Shown: positions 45,373 to 54,068 of the stretch, in pieces
Layout: each line of letters opens with the position of its first letter
Numbering within the stretch: position 1 is the stretch's first letter
DNA from: an uncultured Pelagibacteraceae bacterium
Lineage (GTDB): Bacteria; Pseudomonadota; Alphaproteobacteria; Pelagibacterales; Pelagibacteraceae
Length of the DNA: 64,000 bases
Direction of reading: 5' to 3'
Assembly: GCA_902580835.1 (NCBI GenBank)
Contig: CACHMD010000003.1
Span: forward strand, 2,114-66,113
Made by a program: the position numbers and the translations under genes
Notes under the pieces: model-generated
What the model was told of the DNA's origin: nothing
Databases searched by the model: none
The model's input: the letters and a program-made list of their open reading frames with translations, nothing else

Positions 45373-45373
45373 T

Positions 45374-45793
45374 TTATTTCTCCTCTAAAGCAGCCTTTAC
45401 TTCAGGAGGCATATAATTTTCATCATGTTTAGCTAAGATTTTCGTTGCTGAGAAAAAATTCTCATCTTTTAAAAATCCCTCTGCAACAACACCTTTACCT
45501 TCTTCAAAAAGATTGGGTATTAATCCTGAGTAAACAACATTAATTTCACTTTTAAAGTCTGTAATAACAAAACTTAATTCTTTATTTACAATGGAAATTG
45601 AGTCAGTTTTTACCATTCCTCCAATTCTAATCTTTTTCTGCTGCATTTCAGATAAAGTTTTTATTTCAGATGGAGATTTAAAATATACAACATTTTCCTC
45701 TAATGATTTTAGAATAAGGAATATCGTTAAACTTAATGTAACAGCGATTAAGAATATAAAAAAAAATCTTAGTTTAACTTTACGACCATACAT
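45374..45793 (-). CDS. ccmE: Heme chaperone CcmE
   Basis: [28 protein letters not shown]. Confidence 0.97.
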   Translation of the reverse strand: MYGRKVKLRFFFIFLIAVTLSLTIFLILKSLEENVVYFKSPSEIKTLSEMQQKKIRIGGMVKTDSISIVNKELSFVITDFKSEINVVYSGLIPNLFEEGKGVVAEGFLKDENFFSATKILAKHDENYMPPEVKAALEEK

Positions 45794-45803
45794 GGTTTAA
45801 AAG

Positions 45804-46031
45804 TTAAATAGTTGAAGTGTTGGATAGAATCTCTCTATTAATTCTTTGTAGTCTAGCAGAGGCAGCTCTTTCAGAGTTTAGGTTTCCAAATTTAACAATA
45901 AACTTATTTTTTTCTCTTTCATATTGATTTTTAATTACCAGATACAATGAAATAAAACTTAAAAAAGTAAAAGCAAATGAACTCCAAACATAAATTCCGT
46001 ATCCGTCCATGTAAAAAATTTCACTTATCAT
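45804..46031 (-). CDS. ccmD: Heme exporter protein CcmD
   Basis: MDGYGIYVWSSF followed by a TM helix and basic tail; lies between ccmC and ccmE. Confidence 0.88.
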   Translation of the reverse strand: MISEIFYMDGYGIYVWSSFAFTFLSFISLYLVIKNQYEREKNKFIVKFGNLNSERAASARLQRINREILSNTSTI

Positions 46032-46735
46032 AATCTGTCTAAACCCTTATTTTTAATTTTTATCAGTTCTGTATTATATTTCATTAAAAAAATTAGCAAT
46101 GAGAATAGGGCAAATGCCGCAGTCATAATTAGTAAAGGAACGAGCATCGAAGAATGAATAGTAGATTTTGATAATATATTAATTGATGCTGGCTGATGAA
46201 GTGTGTTCCACCAGTCTACAGAATATTTAATTATAGGAACATTTATTATTCCTAAAATTGTAATAATTGAGGTTACCTTAAAAACTTGTTCTTTATCTTC
46301 ATAAATTCTCCAAGCAATTAAATACATCAAATAAAATATTGCCAATATTAACATAGATGTAATTCTGGCATCCCACGCCCACCATGTTCCCCACGTGGGC
46401 TTTCCCCAAATAGAACCTGTTACAAGAGCAATTACATTAAAAACAAATCCTGATGGAGCCAAACTCTTTGAAATTAAAAAGAAATTTTTAATTTTAAATA
46501 TATAGCCAACGATAGAAAGAATAGTAATAGTGGAAAAGATACCTAGTGAGATCCATGCCGCGGGAACATGAACATACATTATTCTTACAGAGTGACTTTG
46601 TTTGTAATCTTCTGGTGAGAGAATTAGAGCCTCAGTTAAACCTATAGAGACTACCAAAATAAATAATAATAAAACGTATTTTGGTGCTTTAGAAGTTATA
46701 GAAAAAATTCTATTAGGTTCTAGTAATTGAAACAT
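46028..46735 (-). CDS. ccmC: Heme exporter protein CcmC
   Basis: MYVHVP, WGKPTWGTWWAWDARIT (WWD domain), WWNTLHQ. Confidence 0.97.
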   Translation of the reverse strand: MFQLLEPNRIFSITSKAPKYVLLLFILVVSIGLTEALILSPEDYKQSHSVRIMYVHVPAAWISLGIFSTITILSIVGYIFKIKNFFLISKSLAPSGFVFNVIALVTGSIWGKPTWGTWWAWDARITSMLILAIFYLMYLIAWRIYEDKEQVFKVTSIITILGIINVPIIKYSVDWWNTLHQPASINILSKSTIHSSMLVPLLIMTAAFALFSLLIFLMKYNTELIKIKNKGLDRL

Positions 46736-46780
46736 AAAATTTTATTTTTAATATAAATATTAGGGTTATTTAGTACGAAA

Positions 46781-46853
46781 TAATTATCTGATCAAGAATG
46801 TAGAGGGAGATAATAACGAAGGGTAAAATTTAACACTCTTGATCAGAATTAAT
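46781..46853 (-). other. Long intergenic hairpin; candidate sRNA or ccmC leader
   Basis: 15-bp stem 46787-46801/46833-46847 that pairs fully only on the minus strand (one G-U wobble); 31-nt loop containing CCCUUC and CUCCCUC. Confidence 0.45.
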
Positions 46854-46914
46854 TAAACTTAACAATGCCCTGTGACAAAGATTTGAGCTAAATGTGTTTA
46901 AAAAGTGAATTTAC

Positions 46915-47235
46915 TTAATTTGACGGCTTAAAATAGCTTGAACCTTTTTTACCAGAGAAAATTTCCTCTATTAATGGATGTTTGATTGGCTCATCAGAGT
47001 CATCGGTCAATAAATTTTGCTCTGACACGTAGGCTTCATAAGTTATTTCATCATTTTCAGCTAACAGATGATAAAATGGTTGATCTTTTCTTGGTCTAAC
47101 ATTCTTGGGAATAGATTGATACCATTCCTCAGAATTATTAAACTCAAAATCTACATCATAAATCACACCTCTAAACTCAAAGTGTTTGTGTTTTACAATA
47201 TCGCCTATTGAAAATTTAGCTTTTTGAATTGCCAT
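46915..47235 (-). CDS. hspQ: Heat shock protein HspQ (YccV-like)
   Basis: AKFSIG.IV.H..F.FRGVIYDVD, QPFYHLLAE, AYVSEQNL. Confidence 0.95.
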   Translation of the reverse strand: MAIQKAKFSIGDIVKHKHFEFRGVIYDVDFEFNNSEEWYQSIPKNVRPRKDQPFYHLLAENDEITYEAYVSEQNLLTDDSDEPIKHPLIEEIFSGKKGSSYFKPSN

Positions 47236-47242
47236 TAAGATT

Positions 47243-47271
47243 AGTATGGGTATTTAAAAATAAAAATCAAT
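47243..47271 (-). promoter_or_regulatory. Putative sigma-32 (RpoH) promoter of hspQ
   Basis: Minus strand TTG-N17-CCCATAC immediately upstream of a heat-shock gene; resembles the RpoH consensus. Confidence 0.55.
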
Positions 47272-47323
47272 AAGAAAAATTTATAGTTTTTGTGAAAATA
47301 TTATTTATGTTAATATTCTTCCA

Positions 47324-47878
47324 GTGAATAAATCTTTTTTAAAGTTTCTTACTGATTTTGGACCTTTAGTAATTTTTTTTTACTACTATTACGATAGTGG
47401 AAAAGATTTAAGAGTAGCCATTCCACCATTTATAATTGCGACAATTATAGCATTAGCGATTGTTTGGTTTTTAGAAAAAAAAATACCCAAAGTTCCTTTG
47501 TTGAGTGGAATATTAATTACTTTTTTTGGTGGCCTTACAATTTATTTTGATAACCCAGTTTTTATTTACATCAAGCCAACAATCATTAATATTTTATTTG
47601 GTCTGGCTTTAATATTTGGAAGATATTTTACAAATGAACCTGTGTTAAAAAAATTAATGGGAAAATCAATACCGCTTACAAACGAAGGTTGGGAATTGTT
47701 AAGTAAAAGATGGGTATACTTTTTCTTTGGACTTGCTATTTTAAATGAATTAGTTTGGAGAACACAATCTGAAGAATTTTGGGTCAACTTTAAAGTTTGG
47801 GGTTTACTTCCAATAACTTTCATTTTTACAGCCTTTCAAATCGGTTTAATAAATAAATATAAAACTCATGAAGAATAA
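47324..47878 (+). CDS. yciB: Inner membrane septation protein YciB/IspZ
   Basis: DFGPL..FF, FGGLT, IKPTI, WVNFKVWG. Confidence 0.93.
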   Translation: MNKSFLKFLTDFGPLVIFFYYYYDSGKDLRVAIPPFIIATIIALAIVWFLEKKIPKVPLLSGILITFFGGLTIYFDNPVFIYIKPTIINILFGLALIFGRYFTNEPVLKKLMGKSIPLTNEGWELLSKRWVYFFFGLAILNELVWRTQSEEFWVNFKVWGLLPITFIFTAFQIGLINKYKTHEE

Positions 47879-48209
47879 TTTAAGACTGGTTGTTAATAAT
47901 CTTGATAAAAAAAAATTTAATGAAAATCATTTTTTTGAAAAAAATGAGCTTAAAATAATATTAGATTTATATGCAAAAATGGTTTCGGAGGGTTCTTGGA
48001 AAGATTACGGTCTTAATATTTCGAGCAAACAGGTAGGATTTAGTGTTTTTAAAAATGCAGCTGAAAATGCTATTTATAAAATTTGCAAAAACTTTAAGCC
48101 AAAAAATAAAAATTTAAAATATTTAATTACGGATACCAATGGTAAAATACTAAAGAATTCCTCAGAACTTAATTTGTTGTTAAAAAATACTAAATGGAAA
48201 AAACTTTAA
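47868..48209 (+). CDS. DUF2794-like protein
   Basis: F.K.EL..IL.LY.KMV..G.WKDY motif typical of alphaproteobacterial DUF2794. Confidence 0.75.
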   Translation: MKNNLRLVVNNLDKKKFNENHFFEKNELKIILDLYAKMVSEGSWKDYGLNISSKQVGFSVFKNAAENAIYKICKNFKPKNKNLKYLITDTNGKILKNSSELNLLLKNTKWKKL

Positions 48210-48216
48210 AATAAAA

Positions 48217-48981
48217 TTATCTTCTTTGACCGAAAAGTCTTAAGAGCATAATAAACAGGTTAATGAAATCTAAATAAAGAGTCAGGGCACCCATTACCGC
48301 TTTTTTACCCATTAACTCGCCAGTATCACTAGCAGAGTACATGTTTTTTATTTTTTGAGTATCATAAGCAGTAAGGCCGACAAAAATTAAAACTCCTAAA
48401 ATTGAAATCACGAAATACATCATTGAAGATTTTAGAAAAATATTAACTAATGATGCAATAATAATTCCTATTAGCCCCATCATCAAAAATGATCCAAACT
48501 TAGTTAAATCTCTCTTTGTTGTATAACCATAAATGCTCATAGCACCAAAAGTAGCTGAACAAATAAAAAATACTCTTGTTACACTTAAACCTGTGTAAAC
48601 TAATAAAATTGAAGATAGTGATAAACCCATTAAAGCAGCAAAAATCCAAAAAGTTGTCTGAGCTTTTGATGCACTCATTTTGTTGATCCCAAAACTCATA
48701 TAAAATACGACACCCAAAGGAGCTAACATAACTATCCACTTAAGTCCTGATAAATAAACGGCATTTCCAACTTCAGTTAAAGCCACAATAGAACCACTTG
48801 CATCAGTAACAACTGACATCTTAAATGTTATCAACGCTATAATTCCTGTAAGTAATATTCCAGTCGCCATGTAGTTATAAACTTTTAACATGTAGGCTCT
48901 TAAGCCCTCATCAGTAACCGCAGTGGTTTCACGTGCTGCTGCTCTTGCTCTTGCTAAAATACCTTTTTTGTCTGTTGCCAT
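48217..48981 (-). CDS. Bax inhibitor-1/YccA family membrane protein
   Basis: DEGLRAYMLKVYNYM, YGYTTKRDL, LTAYDTQKIK, ALTLYLDFINLF. Confidence 0.93.
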   Translation of the reverse strand: MATDKKGILARARAAARETTAVTDEGLRAYMLKVYNYMATGILLTGIIALITFKMSVVTDASGSIVALTEVGNAVYLSGLKWIVMLAPLGVVFYMSFGINKMSASKAQTTFWIFAALMGLSLSSILLVYTGLSVTRVFFICSATFGAMSIYGYTTKRDLTKFGSFLMMGLIGIIIASLVNIFLKSSMMYFVISILGVLIFVGLTAYDTQKIKNMYSASDTGELMGKKAVMGALTLYLDFINLFIMLLRLFGQRR

Positions 48982-49064
48982 AATTTCTATAGATATATAG
49001 TCTTTTACTAAATATTCAAGATACCTTAAAAGATTAATAAAAAAATTATACTTTAAAAATCACT

Positions 49065-50105
49065 ATGAATTATAAAAAATTAGGCAATACAGATCTTGAT
49101 GTGAGTACAATTTGTCTCGGTACTATGACCTGGGGCGAACAAAATACTCAAGAAGAGGGATTTCAGCAAATGGATTATGCTTTAGATCATGGTGTAAACT
49201 TTTGGGACACTGCAGAAATCTATTCCATACCGATGAGAGAAGAAACATATGGGGAAACAGAGAGAATAATCGGTAACTGGTTTCAAAAAACTAAAAAAAG
49301 AGACAAGGTTGTTATAGCAACAAAAGTTTGTGGTAATACTTCAAACAAATATATCAGGGGTGGTGGTTATAATTTTGGGAAAAAAAAAATTTCTGAAGCT
49401 TTAGAGGAAAGTCTCAAAAGATTGAAAACAGACTATATCGATCTCTATCAACTTCATTGGCCAGAGAGAAATACAAATTTTTTTGGGAAACATGGTTATG
49501 AACATGACGAAAACGATAATGATTGGACACCGTTTGAAGAAATTCTTGAAAGTTTAAAAAAATTTATTGAACAAGGTAAAATTAGATACATTGGTCTATC
49601 TAATGAAACTGCATGGGGTTTGTCAAAATTTCTTGAGATATCAAAATTAAAAGATTTACCAAAAATGATGTCGGTGCAAAATCCATACAATTTACTTAAT
49701 AGAACTTATGAAGTTGGACTTGCGGAAATTTCTGTTAGGGAGAAAAGTGGATTGTTAGCCTACTCGCCTTTAGCATTCGGATACTTAACAGGAAAATATA
49801 GAAATAATAATTTACCAGAAAAATCTAGAATGAAACTATTTAAAGATTTCACAAGATATAAAAATGAAAATGGTCAAAAAGCTATCGAAGAGTATTATAA
49901 GTTATCGCAAAAATTCAATATTGATTTTACTCAAATGTCATTGAAGTTTTGTGAAATTCAGCCATTTATGACAAGTGTGATAATAGGTGCAACGACAATC
50001 GAACAGTTGAAAACAAACATAGAAAGTGTAAATGTAAGTTTAACAAGCGAAATTTTAAATGAGATTAATAAAATTCAAAAAATGTTCCCAAACCCATGTC
50101 CATGA
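49065..50105 (+). CDS. Tas-like NADP(H)-dependent aldo/keto reductase
   Basis: LGTMTWGEQN, DTAEIY, DLYQLHWPER, GLSNETAWG, QNPYNLLNR. Confidence 0.9.
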   Translation: MNYKKLGNTDLDVSTICLGTMTWGEQNTQEEGFQQMDYALDHGVNFWDTAEIYSIPMREETYGETERIIGNWFQKTKKRDKVVIATKVCGNTSNKYIRGGGYNFGKKKISEALEESLKRLKTDYIDLYQLHWPERNTNFFGKHGYEHDENDNDWTPFEEILESLKKFIEQGKIRYIGLSNETAWGLSKFLEISKLKDLPKMMSVQNPYNLLNRTYEVGLAEISVREKSGLLAYSPLAFGYLTGKYRNNNLPEKSRMKLFKDFTRYKNENGQKAIEEYYKLSQKFNIDFTQMSLKFCEIQPFMTSVIIGATTIEQLKTNIESVNVSLTSEILNEINKIQKMFPNPCP

Positions 50106-50608
50106 TTAAAAAGATTTTATTCATATTTATACTTTTTACTTTTTTATTCACATCGAAATCTTTTGGGGAAGATCTAAAAAAAATTGGTAAATATAAAGAC
50201 TGGGAAACAATGGTTTTAGCGGAAGCATCCGGTAAAGTATGTTTTGCTCAGTCTTCTCCAATTCTGCAATCTCCTAAAACAAATAAAAGAGATGCTAGAT
50301 TATTTGTAACATTTAGACCTGGTGAAAAAATTGCGAATGAGATCAGTACTACTGCTGGTTATGAATTTAATAAAAACAATACTGTATTAGCAACCTCTGG
50401 AAATAACAAATTTAAATTTGATATTAAGCAACAAGGTTTTGCATGGATGACTAGTAATAAAAAAGAAAAGATTATGGTCAAGATTATGAAAAAAGGTTCA
50501 AGAATAATGGTAACTGGATACAATGAAAAAGGCTCTCAAACAATCGACCATTATTCATTATTGGGATTCACTAAAGCATATAACACTGCAAAAAAAGCTT
50601 GTAGTTAG
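50096..50608 (+). CDS. Invasion-associated locus B (IalB) family exported protein
   Basis: Signal peptide, KDW, KVCFA.S.P, MKKG, YSLLGFTKAY...C. Confidence 0.78.
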   Translation: MSMIKKILFIFILFTFLFTSKSFGEDLKKIGKYKDWETMVLAEASGKVCFAQSSPILQSPKTNKRDARLFVTFRPGEKIANEISTTAGYEFNKNNTVLATSGNNKFKFDIKQQGFAWMTSNKKEKIMVKIMKKGSRIMVTGYNEKGSQTIDHYSLLGFTKAYNTAKKACS

Positions 50609-50611
50609 TTA

Positions 50612-51799
50612 ATGAAATCAAAAAAAAGAATTGTATTAGCTTACTCAGGCGGTTTGGACACATCCATTATTCTTAAATGGCTTCAAGAAAATTATGATGC
50701 AGAAGTAATTTGTTACACCGCAGATATCGGACAAGAAATAAATAGAAAAAAGATTATTTACAATGCAAGAAAATTTGGTGTTACAAAAATAATTATAAAT
50801 GATTTAAAAGATATTTTTGTAAAGGACTATGTATTTCCAATGATCCGTGGTCATGCAATTTATGAGGGTGTTTATCTATTAGGAACCTCAATCGCCAGAC
50901 CTCTGATAGCAAAGGATCAAATAAAGGTTGCAAAAAAATTCAAAGCATATGCAGTATCTCATGGGGCTACTGGAAAAGGAAACGACCAAATAAGATTTGA
51001 GCTTGGTTATCATTATTTTGGTCCCAAAATAAAAATTATTGCACCATGGAGAATATGGAATTTAAAATCTCGATCAGATTTAATTAGTTACGCGAAGAAA
51101 CGCAATATTCCTATCCCAAAAGACAAAAAAGGTGCATCTCCATTTTCAGTAGATGATAATTTATTTCATACATCAACTGAAGGTAAGTTGCTAGAAAATC
51201 CAAAAAATTCTGCACCAGAATTTATTTTTCAAAGAACTGTTTCTCCAGAAAAAGCTCCTAACAAAGCTACTCATGTAACAATTAATTTTAAAAATGGTGA
51301 CCCCATTGGTCTTAATGGAAAAAAATTTGGACCAGCAAAATTGTTATTTAAACTTAATCAATTGGCAGGAAAAAATGGAATAGGAAGAGTTGATCTTGTT
51401 GAAAATAGATTTTTAGGCATCAAGTCTAGAGGAGTTTATGAAACTCCAGGTGGTACATTGTTAATCCATGCACATAGAGCGATTGAGTCAGTTACGCTTG
51501 ATAAAGAAACAATGCACAAAAAAGATGCAATAATGTCAAGGTACGCAGAATTGATCTATAATGGATATTGGTTTTCAAAAGAAAGGTTTAAACTTCAAAA
51601 AATTGTTGATTTGAAAAAAAACAAAATAAATGGATCTGTTAAACTTAAACTTTATAAAGGAAATGTTACAATTCAATCAAGAATGACAAAAAGCAATGCT
51701 TACTCAATGAAAAAAGTTTCGTTTGAGGAAAATAAATCATTTATTAAATCTAATGTTGAGAAATTTATAAATTTTCACAAAAAAAAGTTAAGAAACTAG
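50612..51799 (+). CDS. argG: Argininosuccinate synthase
   Basis: LAYSGGLDTS, LGTSIARP, HGATGKGNDQIRFE, VENRFLGIKSRGVYETPGG. Confidence 0.95.
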   Translation: MKSKKRIVLAYSGGLDTSIILKWLQENYDAEVICYTADIGQEINRKKIIYNARKFGVTKIIINDLKDIFVKDYVFPMIRGHAIYEGVYLLGTSIARPLIAKDQIKVAKKFKAYAVSHGATGKGNDQIRFELGYHYFGPKIKIIAPWRIWNLKSRSDLISYAKKRNIPIPKDKKGASPFSVDDNLFHTSTEGKLLENPKNSAPEFIFQRTVSPEKAPNKATHVTINFKNGDPIGLNGKKFGPAKLLFKLNQLAGKNGIGRVDLVENRFLGIKSRGVYETPGGTLLIHAHRAIESVTLDKETMHKKDAIMSRYAELIYNGYWFSKERFKLQKIVDLKKNKINGSVKLKLYKGNVTIQSRMTKSNAYSMKKVSFEENKSFIKSNVEKFINFHKKKLRN

Positions 51800-51859
51800 C
51801 TAATTATTCGGTGACAAATTGGGGATTGTTTATTTTTGAAAAAAACTTAATTTAAATTT

Positions 51860-52318
51860 ATGGAATCGTTTAAAAATTGGATGAAAGATACAGCAAACAT
51901 TTTGTTTGATGATAGCAAAAATGATCTTAGATCATTACCTAAAACAGTAAGATTGCAAATTTTATTGGTGTTAAGTTTTATCTGGACTACTGTTTTTAGT
52001 TTGTACGTATTCTCATATACAACTTTTGTATTTGGGTGGACTGGACTTTTTTTAGCCCACATTGGATTAATATTTGCGGTATATTTGACATTTAAACATT
52101 TTCATAGAGCTGAGGAAAATTCTGCAAGCGTTTTTAAAACAAAAAATTTTGACCCCTTTAAGATAATGGTGCTCGTTTTTGTAATTGTTTTTATATTCGT
52201 GTTTTCAAAAGGTATCGAAGTGTTGACAAGTCCAAATCCATATTCTTATTCAATTCCGTATGATGGTTCCTCAAAATCAGTATTTGAAAAATGGTTACCA
52301 TTTAGTAAAGATAAATAA
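51860..52318 (+). CDS. Hypothetical membrane protein (3 TM)
   Basis: 152 aa with hydrophobic helices and an intramembrane His (LAHIG); TAATG overlap with the next gene. Confidence 0.75.
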   Translation: MESFKNWMKDTANILFDDSKNDLRSLPKTVRLQILLVLSFIWTTVFSLYVFSYTTFVFGWTGLFLAHIGLIFAVYLTFKHFHRAEENSASVFKTKNFDPFKIMVLVFVIVFIFVFSKGIEVLTSPNPYSYSIPYDGSSKSVFEKWLPFSKDK

Positions 52319-52698
52319 TGGAAAAGATAGCTAAAAACCTACAACTTCTTCTAATGTGTATCATTCTGGTAAGCACTGTAATTGCAGTTGGGATAGAGAT
52401 TTATAAAATGTTTGAAAATCGATCGGTTACCTTAGCTGATTTGCTGCTAATGTTTCTTTACTTAGAGGTGCTAGCGATGGTAAGAGTTTTTTGGAACCAG
52501 CAATCTATAAGTATTACATTACCACTACTTATAGCTATTACAGCATTAGCACGATTTATTATTTTACAAGGAAAAGAAATGGATCCAAGTGCATTAGTAT
52601 ATGAAGCGGTAGCAATAGTTTTAATTGCAGGTGCTATTGTAATCTTGAGATTAAGACATAGCGATAAATTAGGTCTAAAGAAAAAAAAATCGAAATAA
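52318..52698 (+). CDS. PsiE-family (phosphate-starvation-inducible) membrane protein
   Basis: LADLLLMFLYLEV, PLLIAITALARFIIL; four TM helices. Confidence 0.82.
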   Translation: MEKIAKNLQLLLMCIILVSTVIAVGIEIYKMFENRSVTLADLLLMFLYLEVLAMVRVFWNQQSISITLPLLIAITALARFIILQGKEMDPSALVYEAVAIVLIAGAIVILRLRHSDKLGLKKKKSK

Positions 52699-52704
52699 TT
52701 AAAA

Positions 52705-53844
52705 ATGAATTTTGAAGCTTCAAGGGCTAAGGCCTTAGATAAACTAAATAATTTTGTGGAAAACAATCTCTCAGAATATTCAAAACTTAGAAACTTTGAT
52801 TATGGACCTGATAACAGGTCTAATATTTCTTGTTTATCTCCATATATTACTCACGGTATTATTAATGAAAAAGAAGTTATCAAAAAATCTCTTGATAAAT
52901 TTTCATTTGCAAAAAATGAAAAATTTATTCAAGAAGTATTGTGGCGTACATATTGGAAAGGTTGGTTAGAATTAAGACCTAGTGTTTGGACAGATTTTTT
53001 AATTGAATTAAAAAAGATTAAAGGGGATTTTCAAAACAATCAAAATTATAAAAATGCGATTGATGGAAAAACAAATGTTGAGTGCTTTAACTATTGGGTC
53101 AACGAACTCAAAGAAAATAATTATTTGCATAATCATACTAGAATGTGGTTTGCCAGTATTTGGATTTTTACACTAAATTTGCCATGGCAATTGGGTGCGG
53201 AATTTTTTATGCAACATCTTTATGATGGAGACGCTGCATCAAACACTCTTGGGTGGAGATGGGTTGCAGGTGTTCAAACACAGGGAAAACATTATTTAGC
53301 AAATGAGTGGAATATCAAAAAATTTACAAATAATAGATTTAGCAATATTAAATTAAATGAAAACGCTCCACCCAAGGTTTCTGAAAAAAAATACTCAATT
53401 TTAAAACAGGATTTTACTAATCCTGGAAATATTGATCAAAATAATTTGATAATATTCGAGAATAATCTCTGTTTTGAAACAAGTGATTTTCAAAATAATA
53501 AATTTAAAAAATTTTATATAATTTCGAATAAAAATAAAAATAGATGCATCAAACTAAGTGAAAAAGTTCTTAAATTTAAGTCATCACTTATTCAAGACCA
53601 GGAACAAAGATTTAAAAATCAATCTATTGATTGTGAAGTTATAGATATTAGCGAAATTAAAAAGATAGAAAAAGCAGTGGGGTTGTATCCAACTATTGGA
53701 GAAAATTTAGATTATTTGAATTCAAATACTTTTAAAATCAATTTCCTTTATAGAGAACTTGATCAAAACTCTTGGCAATATTGTAATAAAGGTTTCTTTA
53801 ACTTTAAAAATTATATTCCAAAAATTATTTCAACACTTAACTAA
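52705..53844 (+). CDS. Short, domain-inverted DNA photolyase (NewPHL-like)
   Basis: FAD-binding helical domain begins at the N-terminus (RNFD, S.LSPYI.HG, EKFIQEV.WRTYWKGWLE, HNHTRMWFAS, DGDAASN.LGWRWVAG), followed by a ~150 aa C-terminal domain; 379 aa. Confidence 0.8.
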   Translation: MNFEASRAKALDKLNNFVENNLSEYSKLRNFDYGPDNRSNISCLSPYITHGIINEKEVIKKSLDKFSFAKNEKFIQEVLWRTYWKGWLELRPSVWTDFLIELKKIKGDFQNNQNYKNAIDGKTNVECFNYWVNELKENNYLHNHTRMWFASIWIFTLNLPWQLGAEFFMQHLYDGDAASNTLGWRWVAGVQTQGKHYLANEWNIKKFTNNRFSNIKLNENAPPKVSEKKYSILKQDFTNPGNIDQNNLIIFENNLCFETSDFQNNKFKKFYIISNKNKNRCIKLSEKVLKFKSSLIQDQEQRFKNQSIDCEVIDISEIKKIEKAVGLYPTIGENLDYLNSNTFKINFLYRELDQNSWQYCNKGFFNFKNYIPKIISTLN

Positions 53845-54062
53845 AACCATCTAAACATTCCAATAATCCCAGCTGTAGCATAAAAGAATTGTAAAAATAA
53901 TATTCCTCTATGACCGCCTCGATAAGCCCAAATTCCAATTAGAATTGCAGATATTAGTAGTAAACAAAAACCAAAAAACTCTATACCAATATTCATAGCT
54001 ACAAATAATGAGTACAATATTGCAGTGATAACACCTGCCCACTCAAAAATTTTATTATTCAT
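53841..54062 (-). CDS. Small 3-TM membrane protein, half-Pnu (SemiPnu)-like
   Basis: 73 aa, three hydrophobic helices, C-terminal LQFFY...G..RW resembling the PnuC repeat. The ORF is likely real; the family call is tentative. Confidence 0.6.
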   Translation of the reverse strand: MNNKIFEWAGVITAILYSLFVAMNIGIEFFGFCLLLISAILIGIWAYRGGHRGILFLQFFYATAGIIGMFRWF

Positions 54063-54068
54063 ATTTAT

